Source of the DNA: a virus | Reading direction: 5' to 3' (one strand) | DNA length: 64,000 nt | Virus record (IMG/VR): IMGVR_UViG_3300042010_000040 | Span: 1-64,000 of that record | Shown here: positions 18,125 to 27,604 of the stretch, piece after piece | How the letters are laid out: each line of letters begins with the position of its first letter | Numbering within the stretch: the first letter of the stretch is position 1 | Translations under genes and position numbers: made by a program | The notes under the pieces: generated by a model | The model's input: the letters and a program-made list of their open reading frames with translations, nothing else | What the model was told of the DNA's origin: nothing | Database searches by the model: none

Positions 18125-18339
18125 AACAAACTAAGAAACAATCCTTGATTGAAACCTGCACAAACACTACAATAGGCATGGTAGGAAGTTGGCTGATTAC
18201 AATGGGTTGTTTGATGTTCTTTACAACACCTGTTGGGATTGCCACTTCCACAACTATTCTTTGTACTGTATGGTCACTCGGGAGAGGGTATGTTGTAAGG
18301 CGTCATTTTAATAACAAGCTAGAAGTACAAATTAATTAA
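18121..18339 (+). CDS. Small membrane protein
   Basis: QTKKQSLIE...WSLGRGYVVRRHFN, 2 TM. Confidence 0.7.
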   Translation: MKQTKKQSLIETCTNTTIGMVGSWLITMGCLMFFTTPVGIATSTTILCTVWSLGRGYVVRRHFNNKLEVQIN

Positions 18340-18348
18340 GGAGAAGTT

Positions 18349-18843
18349 GTGAAAGATTTGCAAGGTTACTACAATCAAATCATTGATTGGAACAAGAAAG
18401 CTGGTGTTAAAGATCCTGAGTTCAGTACACTTGATTGGGAGCGAGCAGTAGAACTGCAAAGTAAACTCTTGGTAGAAGAGGCCACTGAAACTGTTGATGC
18501 AATGGCAGTAGGAAATATGAAAGAGTTGCTCGATGGAGCAGTTGACACATTCGTAATTCTTTCTAAGTTGTTTGACATACTTGAGAAAGCTGGCTTTGAT
18601 GTTGAAGGCGGTATCCAACAAATCATTGACAATAATCAGAATAAGATTTTCAACTCTTTCTATGAAGCTTGTGAAGCTAAAGAGAAACTGGAAGAACGCG
18701 ATGATGTAGAGTACTATATTGAAACTTCTATTTTGAATAATCTTTCTTTTTATACAGTTCGCAGAGACGACGGAAAGATTGCTAAACCTGTAGGATTTGT
18801 TGCTGTAGAACTTGATAGTTTTATCCCAAAGGAATTACGATGA
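18349..18843 (+). CDS. MazG-like nucleotide pyrophosphohydrolase
   Basis: EEATE...ELLDGAVD...N..K...RRDDGKIAKP. Confidence 0.78.
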   Translation: MKDLQGYYNQIIDWNKKAGVKDPEFSTLDWERAVELQSKLLVEEATETVDAMAVGNMKELLDGAVDTFVILSKLFDILEKAGFDVEGGIQQIIDNNQNKIFNSFYEACEAKEKLEERDDVEYYIETSILNNLSFYTVRRDDGKIAKPVGFVAVELDSFIPKELR

Positions 18844-19016
18844 TCCACGCACATGTACCAACACAACGCCCAAAGCTTGTTTGGCAAGACATTATTAAAT
18901 CAAAAGAAGACTATACAAACCTAGCTAAATCAGGCATGATGTACGTCTACTTTCCAGATATTAGTTGGAAAGAAGTTGAAGAGTATTTGAAATATAAGGA
19001 GAAGGAATTTGTTTGA
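18840..19016 (+). CDS. Small hypothetical protein (58 aa)
   Basis: ATGA overlap, AAGGA SD. Confidence 0.55.
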   Translation: MIHAHVPTQRPKLVWQDIIKSKEDYTNLAKSGMMYVYFPDISWKEVEEYLKYKEKEFV

Positions 19017-19686
19017 TTTTATCAAATGTAGAGTTATCGGTGTAACACAACCTGTGGTAGACTTCATTCCAGATAGTGAAGGCATCATCAGTTACGCAGC
19101 AAGAGTTTCAGCACCGCAGAATCAAAGTAACTTCGACACAGCAGCAAAACTTCTTAAGTATTGCGTAGACCATCAGCACTATTCAGTATTTGAAACCTGC
19201 AACATTACTATGGAGATTGAAGCACCACGAGACATTGCACGGCAAATTCTTCGTCACCGTAGTTTCAGCTTTCAAGAGTTTAGTCAGCGCTACGCAGAGT
19301 CCACAGATTTCATTACTCGTGAATGTCGATTGCTAGATACAAAGAATCGTCAGAACAGTATTAAACTTGATCCGACATCAAGTGAAGTAAATAGTGAGCT
19401 GTACTATTGGTGGATTGACCAACAAAACTTTTTGTTGGAAGAAATTAAACATGTCTACGAACGTGCATTAGAGCAAGGTATCGCTAAAGAAGTTGCTCGC
19501 TGCATCTTGCCAGAAGGTCTTACAATGAGTAAGATGTACATGAATGGCACAGTGCGTAGTTGGTTGCACTACTGCTCACTACGAGAGGCTAACGGGACAC
19601 AACTAGAACATCAAGATGTAGCTATCAAGTGCAAAGAAGAAGTGGTAAAATTCTTCCCGTTCCTAAAAGAAGTAATGGAGAAATAA
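19009..19686 (+). CDS. thyX: Flavin-dependent thymidylate synthase
   Basis: RHRSFSFQEFSQRY signature. Confidence 0.95.
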   Translation: MFDFIKCRVIGVTQPVVDFIPDSEGIISYAARVSAPQNQSNFDTAAKLLKYCVDHQHYSVFETCNITMEIEAPRDIARQILRHRSFSFQEFSQRYAESTDFITRECRLLDTKNRQNSIKLDPTSSEVNSELYYWWIDQQNFLLEEIKHVYERALEQGIAKEVARCILPEGLTMSKMYMNGTVRSWLHYCSLREANGTQLEHQDVAIKCKEEVVKFFPFLKEVMEK

Positions 19687-19687
19687 A

Positions 19688-19885
19688 ATGATTAGTAGCG
19701 AATATACAATTTCCAACTTTATCCAAGAGCTTCAGAATCTCTATATGGTACGACTGGGTATGTCAATCTCGGAATCGAGTAGGTACATTGTTGACACTAT
19801 CGAAGATATTGAAATCGCACTAAATAATGATGTTTCGGCATTTGAATACTTTCAAGAAGATTTGGCTAATGGGGTAGAAGTATGA
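19688..19885 (+). CDS. Hypothetical protein
   Basis: GGAG SD, coupled. Confidence 0.6.
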   Translation: MISSEYTISNFIQELQNLYMVRLGMSISESSRYIVDTIEDIEIALNNDVSAFEYFQEDLANGVEV

Positions 19886-20064
19886 CTTACGATGAACTTT
19901 GTTATGTAGAAGATAAAGCTTGGACAGCGTTTCTAAATGTATTTGAAGAAGCTGGGGTTGATCGTAATAAGTTGCGAAACGCAATTGATGCTAAAGACTC
20001 TTTTAACGATGTTTCCGATGCTGTAATGGAAGCTGCTCGTAGTATTTTGGTTGGAGAAGAATAA
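19882..20064 (+). CDS. Hypothetical protein
   Basis: Coupled ORF. Confidence 0.6.
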   Translation: MTYDELCYVEDKAWTAFLNVFEEAGVDRNKLRNAIDAKDSFNDVSDAVMEAARSILVGEE

Positions 20065-20426
20065 TGTCAGTTGGATTTAATTTGAGTTTGTCAGACCTCC
20101 TTCTTTGTGAAGGATTTGCTCAAGCTTTCGGTGAAGACAATAAAGAACAAATTAATAAGTTTCTTTTTGATAATGGTCTAGATGTTTCAATGGGGGTTGA
20201 TGAAGTAGTTTGTAAGCATCGTAATCTCCGTGGTAATGTTGTAGATTGTTTGATGTATCAGGGGCATGAGCGTAGTGATGAATGGTTGAAGTCTGGAGCT
20301 GCATCTTGGGATGCGATTGTGGACAACTGTAGTTTGGATCTTCGTATTGACCTTAAAACAATCGGAGCACAGTCTAACAATACTGGTATGATCCTTGATC
20401 AACTAGAACGACATGCAAGTAAATAA
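20064..20426 (+). CDS. Hypothetical protein
   Basis: TAATG coupling, 120 aa. Confidence 0.65.
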   Translation: MSVGFNLSLSDLLLCEGFAQAFGEDNKEQINKFLFDNGLDVSMGVDEVVCKHRNLRGNVVDCLMYQGHERSDEWLKSGAASWDAIVDNCSLDLRIDLKTIGAQSNNTGMILDQLERHASK

Positions 20427-20436
20427 GGAGTAGGTT

Positions 20437-21072
20437 TTGTCAAGAAAATTAATCTATGGAGTTGGAATTAATGACCTAGACTATGTTGTTACTAGATGTC
20501 CTTTCTACAACACTTGGCTTGAGATGCTCCGACGTGGCTTTTCTGAACGAGAGAAAGAAAGGCATCCAACTTACAAAGACACAACAGTATGTGAAGAGTG
20601 GAAAACAGCAAGTGTCTTTAAAGCTTGGATGGAGAAACAGAATTACGAAGGTCTAGATTTAGATAAAGATATTCTCATAAAAGGTAATAACGTTTATAGT
20701 CCTGAAACTACAGTGTTTGTACCATCTTATATAAACACACTACTGGTTACGAGTAAGGCCATCAGGGGTAAGTGGCCTTTGGGAGTTTCTCTATTGAAAG
20801 ATCAAATTGCTAAAGGTCGCTCAAAGATATTCCGGGCTTCTATTAAGGATAAGAGAAACAAAGATCAGGTTCAAAAGAACCTAGGGCATTTTACTACACA
20901 AAATGAAGCTCATAAAACTTGGCAACAAGCTAAGTATGAAATCTTCATGAAAAGATTGAGTGAATACTCCCAAGAACCATCTTTTGAGGTTAGAGTACAC
21001 AACGCCATGCAAGCGCGTGCTATTGGATTAAAACTTGACATCGCCCTCGAAAGAGAAACATATAATATTTAG
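20437..21072 (+). CDS. HNH-type homing endonuclease
   Basis: YGVGIND...WLEMLRR...LDKDILIKGNNVYSPETTVFVP. Confidence 0.85.
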   Translation: MSRKLIYGVGINDLDYVVTRCPFYNTWLEMLRRGFSEREKERHPTYKDTTVCEEWKTASVFKAWMEKQNYEGLDLDKDILIKGNNVYSPETTVFVPSYINTLLVTSKAIRGKWPLGVSLLKDQIAKGRSKIFRASIKDKRNKDQVQKNLGHFTTQNEAHKTWQQAKYEIFMKRLSEYSQEPSFEVRVHNAMQARAIGLKLDIALERETYNI

Positions 21073-21081
21073 GAGTTAGAA

Positions 21082-22941
21082 TTGAAAGAAGTTGACGAAG
21101 ACACACTAAAAGAGTATCTGGGGATTTATATTGATTACGCACGAGACAACTTGATCCCGGAACAGGGTAAGGCTATGTTGACCCGGAAAGGTTTTTACAA
21201 GAAAGACCATGAAAACAGCCCACAGGAGTCTTTTGCTCGTGCTGCTACATGTTACTCTTTCGGGGACTATGAGTTTGCAGAACGGATCTACCATGCTGTA
21301 AGTAATAAGTGGTTTACTTTTGCAAGCCCTGTTCTTAGCAATGCTGTTGATATTGAATGGCCTACATTTGGTAAAGATCAATTTGACGAAGCTTCTGATT
21401 GGTTGGCAGAAAATGTAGATCCTGATGGAATGCCTATTTCTTGCTTCTTGTCTAAGATTCCAGACACCAAAAAGGGGTTGGTAGAAGCTCGTAGTGAAGC
21501 AGAATGGCTTTCAATGATGGGTGGCGGGGTTGGTATTTGGGCATCTAATCGCTCACCAGATGAAAAGTCTACTGGTGTAATGGCTCACTTGGCCGGGTAT
21601 GATGCTGATACACTGGCGTATAAACAAACAGCTTCACGTCGGGGCTCAATGGCAGCTTACTTGGATATCGACCATCCAGAAGTTAAGCCATTTATTGAAA
21701 TGCGTAATCCAGTTGGTGGCGATCAGAATCACAAATGTTTTAACTTGAACAACGCTTTAAATATCCCAGACTCTTTTATGATGTCTATGATTAAAGGTGA
21801 AGATTATGAATTAGTAGACCCTAAACATGGTCCTACAGGACGCATGTTGCCAGCTCGTGAAGTGTGGGAAGAGTTGTTGACTCTTCGTTATGATACTGGT
21901 GAGCCTTATATGTTGTTCAAAGACACTGTTAATCGTAATATTCGTCCTTGGATTAAACGTCCACTATATCATGTAAGTCAAAGTAATCTTTGTAGTGAAG
22001 TAACACTCATGACCTCAGATAAACGAACTGCTGTATGTTGCTTGAGCAGTTTGAACCTTGAGCTTTATGATGAATGGAAAGATAAAGGGTTGGTTGCAGA
22101 TTTAGTTCGTTTGTTGGATAACGTGCTCGAATACTTTATTCGATTGGCACCACCAGAACTGAAACGGGCCGTCTACTCTGCCTCTAAAGAAAGGGCAATC
22201 GGAATTGGTTCGCTGGGCTGGCATTCTTACTTGCAAAGTAAGATGATTCCTTTTGAATCGGGTGGCTTCAATAGTGCAGCACAACACGTATCAATGATTC
22301 ACTCTAATATTGAGCGTCAAGGTATTGCAGAGAGTTTGCAACTAGGCAAAGAGCGAGGTGAATCACCAGACACTAAAGGTAGTGGAATGCGTAACAGCCA
22401 CTTGTTTGCTATTGCACCTAATGCTAGTTCTAGCAGTCTGATTGATGTAAGCCCAAGTATTGAGCCTTGGAGTGGATGTGCCTTTAATGCTCAAGGACGT
22501 GCAGGGAACTTCCTTATCAAGAATAAGTATCTTGAGAAGTTGCTTGAGGAGAAAGGGTTTAATACCCCTGAAATCTGGAAATCAATTGTTGAAACAGAAG
22601 GTAGCGTCCAGCATTTAGATTGCTTGAATACTGAAGAGAAGATGGTATTTAAAACCGCTTACGAGATTGATCCGATGTGGATTGTTGAGTTGGCTGCTAT
22701 CCGTCAGAAGTTTGTATGTCAAAGTCAAAGCTTGAACCTCTTTGTCCCTAAAGATATTACGATGGAAGAGATGTCAGATATACACGTAAAAGCTTGGGCT
22801 TCTGGCGTAAAAAGCTTATACTACTGCCGCACTAAAGGCGTAGCCAAAGCAAGTGTAGGGGTAGGTGGTAAACTGCCTTTGAATAGTGTTCCAGTGCGTA
22901 AAACTATTGTTTACGATGAATGTAAAGCATGCGAGGGTTGA
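21082..22941 (+). CDS. nrdA: Ribonucleotide reductase class Ia alpha subunit (no ATP cone)
   Basis: ISCF, SNLCSE, IAPNASSS, YY, C-terminal CKACEG. Confidence 0.95.
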   Translation: MKEVDEDTLKEYLGIYIDYARDNLIPEQGKAMLTRKGFYKKDHENSPQESFARAATCYSFGDYEFAERIYHAVSNKWFTFASPVLSNAVDIEWPTFGKDQFDEASDWLAENVDPDGMPISCFLSKIPDTKKGLVEARSEAEWLSMMGGGVGIWASNRSPDEKSTGVMAHLAGYDADTLAYKQTASRRGSMAAYLDIDHPEVKPFIEMRNPVGGDQNHKCFNLNNALNIPDSFMMSMIKGEDYELVDPKHGPTGRMLPAREVWEELLTLRYDTGEPYMLFKDTVNRNIRPWIKRPLYHVSQSNLCSEVTLMTSDKRTAVCCLSSLNLELYDEWKDKGLVADLVRLLDNVLEYFIRLAPPELKRAVYSASKERAIGIGSLGWHSYLQSKMIPFESGGFNSAAQHVSMIHSNIERQGIAESLQLGKERGESPDTKGSGMRNSHLFAIAPNASSSSLIDVSPSIEPWSGCAFNAQGRAGNFLIKNKYLEKLLEEKGFNTPEIWKSIVETEGSVQHLDCLNTEEKMVFKTAYEIDPMWIVELAAIRQKFVCQSQSLNLFVPKDITMEEMSDIHVKAWASGVKSLYYCRTKGVAKASVGVGGKLPLNSVPVRKTIVYDECKACEG

Positions 22942-23949
22942 ATGAGTATTTTTGAAGAGAGTAAGTCTTATCGACCGTTCCAGTATAGCTGGGCAGTCGA
23001 AGCTGCACAGAAACACAGTATTGAAATGTATTGGGATATTCATCAAGTAAACCTTCAGGATGATATTCAGCAATATTTTAGTAAAGATGGCTTGGCTACA
23101 CAGAACGTAAGTCATGCACAGAATAAGAATATCTTAGACCGGACATTGTGTCTATTCACGGAGATGGATCGTACTGTTGGTGCTGGTTACACAAAGATGA
23201 TGTCAAACATCCGGAACAATGAAATTCGTAATATGTTCCTAACGTTTGCATCAAGAGAAGTTACACACCAACGAGCCTATGCTTTGTGTGCTGAAACATT
23301 TGGATTCTCGGATCAAGATTGGATTGCTTTCTCTGATTATATTGAGATGGTGGATAAGCTTGATGTAATGACTGCTGATTTCATCCCTGAAGGGGCTTCT
23401 GAGGAACTTAAGACTTGTGTTCTACTTTCTCAAGTATTGCTCGGTGAAGGTATCGGCTTATTTGCGGCATTTGCCACCTTGTTGAACCTTCCTCGGCATG
23501 GTCTGATGATTGGGTTCAATGATGTGAATGAGTGGAGTTTGAAAGATGAACAGGAGCACGTAATCAATAACATTCGTGCTTTGAAGGAAGGTCGTAAGTC
23601 TCTGTCAGAGCTTGAAAATGATGCACTGGATCGAGTTATCCTTGCATTCATTGAGGCTTATAAACAGGCTGAATTTAAGTTCATTGACCTAGTGTTTGAG
23701 ATGGGCGGTGCTGAAGGACTGACTGCACAGGAAATGAAAGATTATATTTCTTATCTGTGTGAGTTCCGTGAGTATCAGTTGGAACTCCGTTCGATGAAGG
23801 ATGTTGGTAAGAATCCTTTGGAATGGATGGAGTGGGTGTTGTCTGGTTCGAAGCATGGTAATTTCTTTGAGAAAAAGATTACAGAATATTCTCATGGTGG
23901 GTTGCCCGGTAAGATTGATTACTCAAAATATCTGCATCTTGCAGCTTGA
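22942..23949 (+). CDS. nrdB: Ribonucleotide reductase class Ia beta subunit
   Basis: Metal ligands in D...EVTH...EG...DEQEH, radical Tyr in HQRAY. Confidence 0.95.
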   Translation: MSIFEESKSYRPFQYSWAVEAAQKHSIEMYWDIHQVNLQDDIQQYFSKDGLATQNVSHAQNKNILDRTLCLFTEMDRTVGAGYTKMMSNIRNNEIRNMFLTFASREVTHQRAYALCAETFGFSDQDWIAFSDYIEMVDKLDVMTADFIPEGASEELKTCVLLSQVLLGEGIGLFAAFATLLNLPRHGLMIGFNDVNEWSLKDEQEHVINNIRALKEGRKSLSELENDALDRVILAFIEAYKQAEFKFIDLVFEMGGAEGLTAQEMKDYISYLCEFREYQLELRSMKDVGKNPLEWMEWVLSGSKHGNFFEKKITEYSHGGLPGKIDYSKYLHLAA

Positions 23950-23974
23950 CACAGTAAAATAATCTGCTATCCTA
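23947..23974 (+). promoter_or_regulatory. Probable sigma70 promoter
   Basis: TTGACA-16-TATCCT with extended TG. Confidence 0.55.
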
Positions 23975-23975
23975 G

Positions 23976-24013
23976 ACCGTACTGAGCAGAGATGTTCGTG
24001 CGGTTTTTCTTTA
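23976..24013 (+). terminator. Intrinsic terminator-like hairpin
   Basis: accgtac...gtgcggt followed by a T-run. Confidence 0.6.
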
Positions 24014-24026
24014 TGGAGAATTTAAA

Positions 24027-24173
24027 ATGCTAAAACTATCACAATATAAAGGTTACATGCTTGAAGTGTCTGAGTGGGGAACTACTAAAGTTCTTGACAT
24101 GGGTACAGCAGAAGTACTTGGACGATTCGGGTCAAAGCAAGCTGCCCAAGACTGGATTGATGGTTGTTATTAA
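24027..24173 (+). CDS. Small hypothetical protein (48 aa)
   Basis: GGAGA SD, MLKLSQYKGY... Confidence 0.55.
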   Translation: MLKLSQYKGYMLEVSEWGTTKVLDMGTAEVLGRFGSKQAAQDWIDGCY

Positions 24174-24188
24174 ATTGAAGGAAATAAA

Positions 24189-24560
24189 ATGTCAATCGAA
24201 CGAATCAAAGATGTCGTAGAACAATACCAAGAACGTCTTCGTGGTAACATCATGGAGGATGGCCGTACACGTTGGGAATATTATGGTGTTCAACGTCGTA
24301 TCGCTCAAGCTGCCTATAATTACAATGGGTATATTGTAACAGGCACACGTCATAGCTGTCCTATTATGGAAATGCAGATTATGATGATGGATGAAGTATT
24401 GGAAGAGTGGTGTCATGGTGATAAGATGGTTCAAGGTTTCACAGATCAATACGGTAACTTCCTAACTCGCAAAGAAGCCTACCCAATTGCTAAAGCTGCT
24501 GGTCAAATTATCCGTGAGGATCATTGTCCCGGAACCCTTTATTCGGAGTGCTATATCTAA
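24189..24560 (+). CDS. Hypothetical phage protein (QGFTDQYGNFLTRKEA)
   Basis: AAGGA SD, 123 aa. Confidence 0.75.
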   Translation: MSIERIKDVVEQYQERLRGNIMEDGRTRWEYYGVQRRIAQAAYNYNGYIVTGTRHSCPIMEMQIMMMDEVLEEWCHGDKMVQGFTDQYGNFLTRKEAYPIAKAAGQIIREDHCPGTLYSECYI

Positions 24561-25210
24561 TGAAATTCATACAACACCGTACACGAATGTCCTACTGGTC
24601 ACTTAGCCCACTATCCAAATGGATTCGTACTAAATTTGGTCTTGATAATCCTAAATGTCTCTCCCTAGATGCTTGGGATACTCATAAGGAAGAATGTTGT
24701 GAAAAAGCTCCGCTCATCCACTGGCTCACTGACAAAGGTTTCAATAAACTTCAGAATGCTTGGTTGTTTATTCCTGATCTTATCTGGACAATCAGAGTAG
24801 CTCCATTGTGGAAATTCTTCAGAACCTTATGGAAGTTTCGTAAAGCTCTGTGGAGATATCGTAGTTGGGATTATTCAGGCTTGCTTTTGTTCATGGAAAC
24901 TGCTACAAAGGATATGCATCTTTGCCATAAGAATCATGGACACTTGATGCGTTCTGAGGATACAGCTAAAGAGCTTCTGATTGTGTCTACATTGTTGAAA
25001 CGTATTCGTGAAGACAAGTACACAGATGAAGTACAAGGATTTAAACATGTAGAGGGTAAGTTGTTTGGTGGTAGCTTTTATCAAAAGCCTAACACTTTAC
25101 CAAGCATTAACGCTAAGCGTTTCTATAAGATGCGTGAGGCTGTAAAACAAAATGATCTTGATTATCTGTGCAAGATTCTTAAACGTAAGCTATTCACATT
25201 TTGGGACTAG
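24560..25210 (+). CDS. Hypothetical basic, Trp-rich protein
   Basis: TAATG coupling, GGAG SD. Confidence 0.7.
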   Translation: MKFIQHRTRMSYWSLSPLSKWIRTKFGLDNPKCLSLDAWDTHKEECCEKAPLIHWLTDKGFNKLQNAWLFIPDLIWTIRVAPLWKFFRTLWKFRKALWRYRSWDYSGLLLFMETATKDMHLCHKNHGHLMRSEDTAKELLIVSTLLKRIREDKYTDEVQGFKHVEGKLFGGSFYQKPNTLPSINAKRFYKMREAVKQNDLDYLCKILKRKLFTFWD

Positions 25211-25221
25211 GAGATTAAAAT

Positions 25222-25398
25222 ATGAAAGGCCATGAAGACCTCCTCGCAGGCTTGCTTCTGTTGGTTGTTATACTAATTGGTGGCTACACTTATCTAAACT
25301 CACAAGTGATTAAGCAGAGGGAAGTGTTACAAGTACCGGCAGCAGAGAAGAAAGTTGAGAAAAGAGTTTTTGAGTCGTTATCAAAGGTGACGGAATAA
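25222..25398 (+). CDS. Small single-TM membrane protein (58 aa)
   Basis: AGGAGA SD, LLAGLLLLVVILIGG. Confidence 0.6.
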   Translation: MKGHEDLLAGLLLLVVILIGGYTYLNSQVIKQREVLQVPAAEKKVEKRVFESLSKVTE

Positions 25399-25417
25399 CT
25401 TTATTACAGACGAAAAG

Positions 25418-25452
25418 AAGCCGAGGCTCCGTAAAGGATGTCCTCGGCTTTA
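25418..25452. terminator. Terminator between the convergent replication and late blocks
   Basis: aagccgagg...cctcggctt flanked by A and T runs. Confidence 0.75.
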
Positions 25453-25521
25453 GTGTTTCTGAGATATAGTGAATGGCATCACTATTCAAATGTCTTCTAG
25501 GGAAGTTCTTATTCTTAGCTT

Positions 25522-25863
25522 TTAATTATTCGTCAATGTATTAATATTGTTATTCACAATCTTTTGATTCAGTTTCTTATCGCCTTGTAGCTCTTTAACC
25601 CGAAGCTCTAGCACATAGATACGTTGATCAGTACTAACTTGGTAATCATCTTGTCTTTCAGAAGTTTTATTAACTCTCTGCTCAAGATAATCTGTATTAT
25701 TAGCAACTACTTTCATAATGTCTTGTCTTACTAAAGTAAGCTTCTGTCCATAGTTATTAACGTTAGCGTTGTCACTTGAGTTAGACATCAAGATTGCTAT
25801 TAGAATTGTAGACAAAATTAGATAGGCTACAGTTGCTGTTCGATCCAATACCTTCCAGATCAT
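25522..25863 (-). CDS. Single-TM coiled-coil protein (lysis cassette-associated)
   Basis: N-terminal TM, GGAGG SD. Confidence 0.65.
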   Translation of the reverse strand: MIWKVLDRTATVAYLILSTILIAILMSNSSDNANVNNYGQKLTLVRQDIMKVVANNTDYLEQRVNKTSERQDDYQVSTDQRIYVLELRVKELQGDKKLNQKIVNNNINTLTNN

Positions 25864-25875
25864 TGGACCTCCAAG

Positions 25876-26157
25876 TTACTTTCGTTTGTTTATCGATCCA
25901 AAATACAGGTCTAATCTTGCAAGCAAATCAGAACGCATACCTTCAATGTTAGTTACTAATCGTTGCTCTGTATCCTTGAGCTGCTGATTACTTACCTTAT
26001 CTGTGTAGAGGAATAACACTCTACTCTCAAGCTCTTTGTTTTGTGTTCGGATATCTTGGATAACAAGCATACCAAGTGCCATCACTACAGAGAGAAGACC
26101 TATAGCAAATTTCTCCCAGATGGCCGTAATGCGTGTGTTGGCTGAGTCATTTGACAT
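25876..26157 (-). CDS. Single-TM coiled-coil protein (possible holin/antiholin-type)
   Basis: MSNDSANTR..., TM FAIGLLSVVMALGMLVI. Confidence 0.6.
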   Translation of the reverse strand: MSNDSANTRITAIWEKFAIGLLSVVMALGMLVIQDIRTQNKELESRVLFLYTDKVSNQQLKDTEQRLVTNIEGMRSDLLARLDLYFGSINKRK

Positions 26158-26437
26158 TCTTGTACAGCTCCATCTGAGATTTCTTATTCTTGCGGATAGC
26201 TTCCATTTGCTTTTCCCACAAACCAATACAACCCACATTCTTGTTCTGTGCAAGAGCTAGATCAATCAAACTCTCTCCAGCAGGTTTAGCACGACAAGGG
26301 CTTACAAGAAGTGCATCACTTGGATACACATTCGTTATCATTGGGGTAGGTGGTGCAATAACCTTGTTTGAGCAGGCTGACAATGTTATCAGAAAGCAAC
26401 CCATCATCAGGCAAGACATTAGGTTTAAGATTCTCAT
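26147..26437 (-). CDS. o-spanin (Rz1-like lipoprotein)
   Basis: Lipobox LSAC, Pro-rich, overlaps the 3' end of Rz; start uncertain. Confidence 0.8.
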   Translation of the reverse strand: MRILNLMSCLMMGCFLITLSACSNKVIAPPTPMITNVYPSDALLVSPCRAKPAGESLIDLALAQNKNVGCIGLWEKQMEAIRKNKKSQMELYKNVK

Positions 26438-26756
26438 TCTTAATGTTCTCTTGTTTGGCTGCTACAGGAGGCTTACCTTTAGGTAAGCGTAGCTTTTCAA
26501 TATTATCAGATATCACTTCAATTTTAGTTTGAAGATCCTTTTTACCAGCTTCCACTTCAACCACCGAAGCATCATCAATTTGACAGGACAAATCCTTTAA
26601 GTTAAGGGACTTTTGCATGTCTGAATTGACGTTAATAGCTTGGACTAGTGCTTGCTCAGCTATGAGCTTATCGTCGTGTAGAGATAGAGAAAGCCAGCCT
26701 AAAGCACCTACTGTTGCAGATAGTCCAAGGATAATGTAGAATATCCAACTATTCAT
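26316..26756 (-). CDS. i-spanin (Rz-like)
   Basis: N-terminal TM, coiled coil, overlapping lipoprotein ORF. Confidence 0.8.
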   Translation of the reverse strand: MNSWIFYIILGLSATVGALGWLSLSLHDDKLIAEQALVQAINVNSDMQKSLNLKDLSCQIDDASVVEVEAGKKDLQTKIEVISDNIEKLRLPKGKPPVAAKQENIKNENLKPNVLPDDGLLSDNIVSLLKQGYCTTYPNDNECVSK

Positions 26757-26767
26757 TCCAAACCTCT

Positions 26768-26796
26768 TGTCTAAGTCTGTTTTTCATGTTAATCTA
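26768..26796 (+). promoter_or_regulatory. Probable promoter for the antisense HNH gene
   Basis: TTGTCT-17-TAATCT with extended TG. Confidence 0.5.
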
Positions 26797-26823
26797 TATA
26801 CTCAATAATTTAAGAGGTGGTTT

Positions 26824-27591
26824 ATGTCGGTTAGAATGAATAAAGAAAAATCTATAGGTCAAATATTTGAAAACAAGTATGGAAAATACGAAGTGGTTGA
26901 CTACGAATCTGCACGGATGGTTAAAGTCCGTTGGCAAGATTATCCTTGTGATGTTTGGTGTCAGTGGCACGACGCTGTCCGTGGCAATGTCAAAAACCCC
27001 ATGTATCCCTCTATTTTTGGGGTAGGTTACTTCGGGATAGGTCCTTATTTCGCATATGCAAAGAATTCCAAGACTATTGAAAAGAGTTATAGCTGCTGGA
27101 AAGCTATGCTGCAAAGATGCTATGACAATTCATCTTACGATCAGTGGAACAGTTATTACGATTGCTTAGTCGAACCTGTTTGGCACAATTATCAAAATTT
27201 TGCCAAGTGGTACTTGGATAATTATAAAGAAGATCACCAACTGGACAAAGATATCTTAGTAAAAGGAAATCGTACTTACGGTCCAGAAGTTTGCTTGTTT
27301 GTTCCCACCCGAATTAACAGATTATTCATTCGTAATAAAAGTTGTCGAGGTGATTTACCAATAGGTGTTTGTATGAAGCAAAAAGTAACCCCTAGGTACA
27401 TAGCTGCTTGTACAAATCCTGATGGTATTCAACAGTACCTTGGAACTTATAATACACCACTGGAAGCGTTTCAAGTGTATAAAGAGTTTAAGGAAACTAC
27501 TATAAAACAAGTAGCAGAGGAATATAAGAAAGACATCTCAGAAGTCTTGTATAATATCCTCGTTACCTATGAAGTAGCACAGGACGACTAG
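26824..27591 (+). CDS. HNH-type homing endonuclease, inverted within the lysis cassette
   Basis: WKAMLQRCY, LDKDILVKGNRTYGPEVCLFVP, AP2-like C-terminus. Confidence 0.85.
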   Translation: MSVRMNKEKSIGQIFENKYGKYEVVDYESARMVKVRWQDYPCDVWCQWHDAVRGNVKNPMYPSIFGVGYFGIGPYFAYAKNSKTIEKSYSCWKAMLQRCYDNSSYDQWNSYYDCLVEPVWHNYQNFAKWYLDNYKEDHQLDKDILVKGNRTYGPEVCLFVPTRINRLFIRNKSCRGDLPIGVCMKQKVTPRYIAACTNPDGIQQYLGTYNTPLEAFQVYKEFKETTIKQVAEEYKKDISEVLYNILVTYEVAQDD

Positions 27592-27604
27592 TCGTCCTGT
27601 TTTT
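27579..27604 (+). terminator. Palindromic terminator over two convergent stop codons
   Basis: 22-bp perfect palindrome acaggacgactagtcgtcctgt followed by a T-run. Confidence 0.65.

Noticed and set aside
17582-18843. Z-base (diaminopurine) genome pathway
   Set aside because: No PurZ-like or DatZ-like gene is visible in the window
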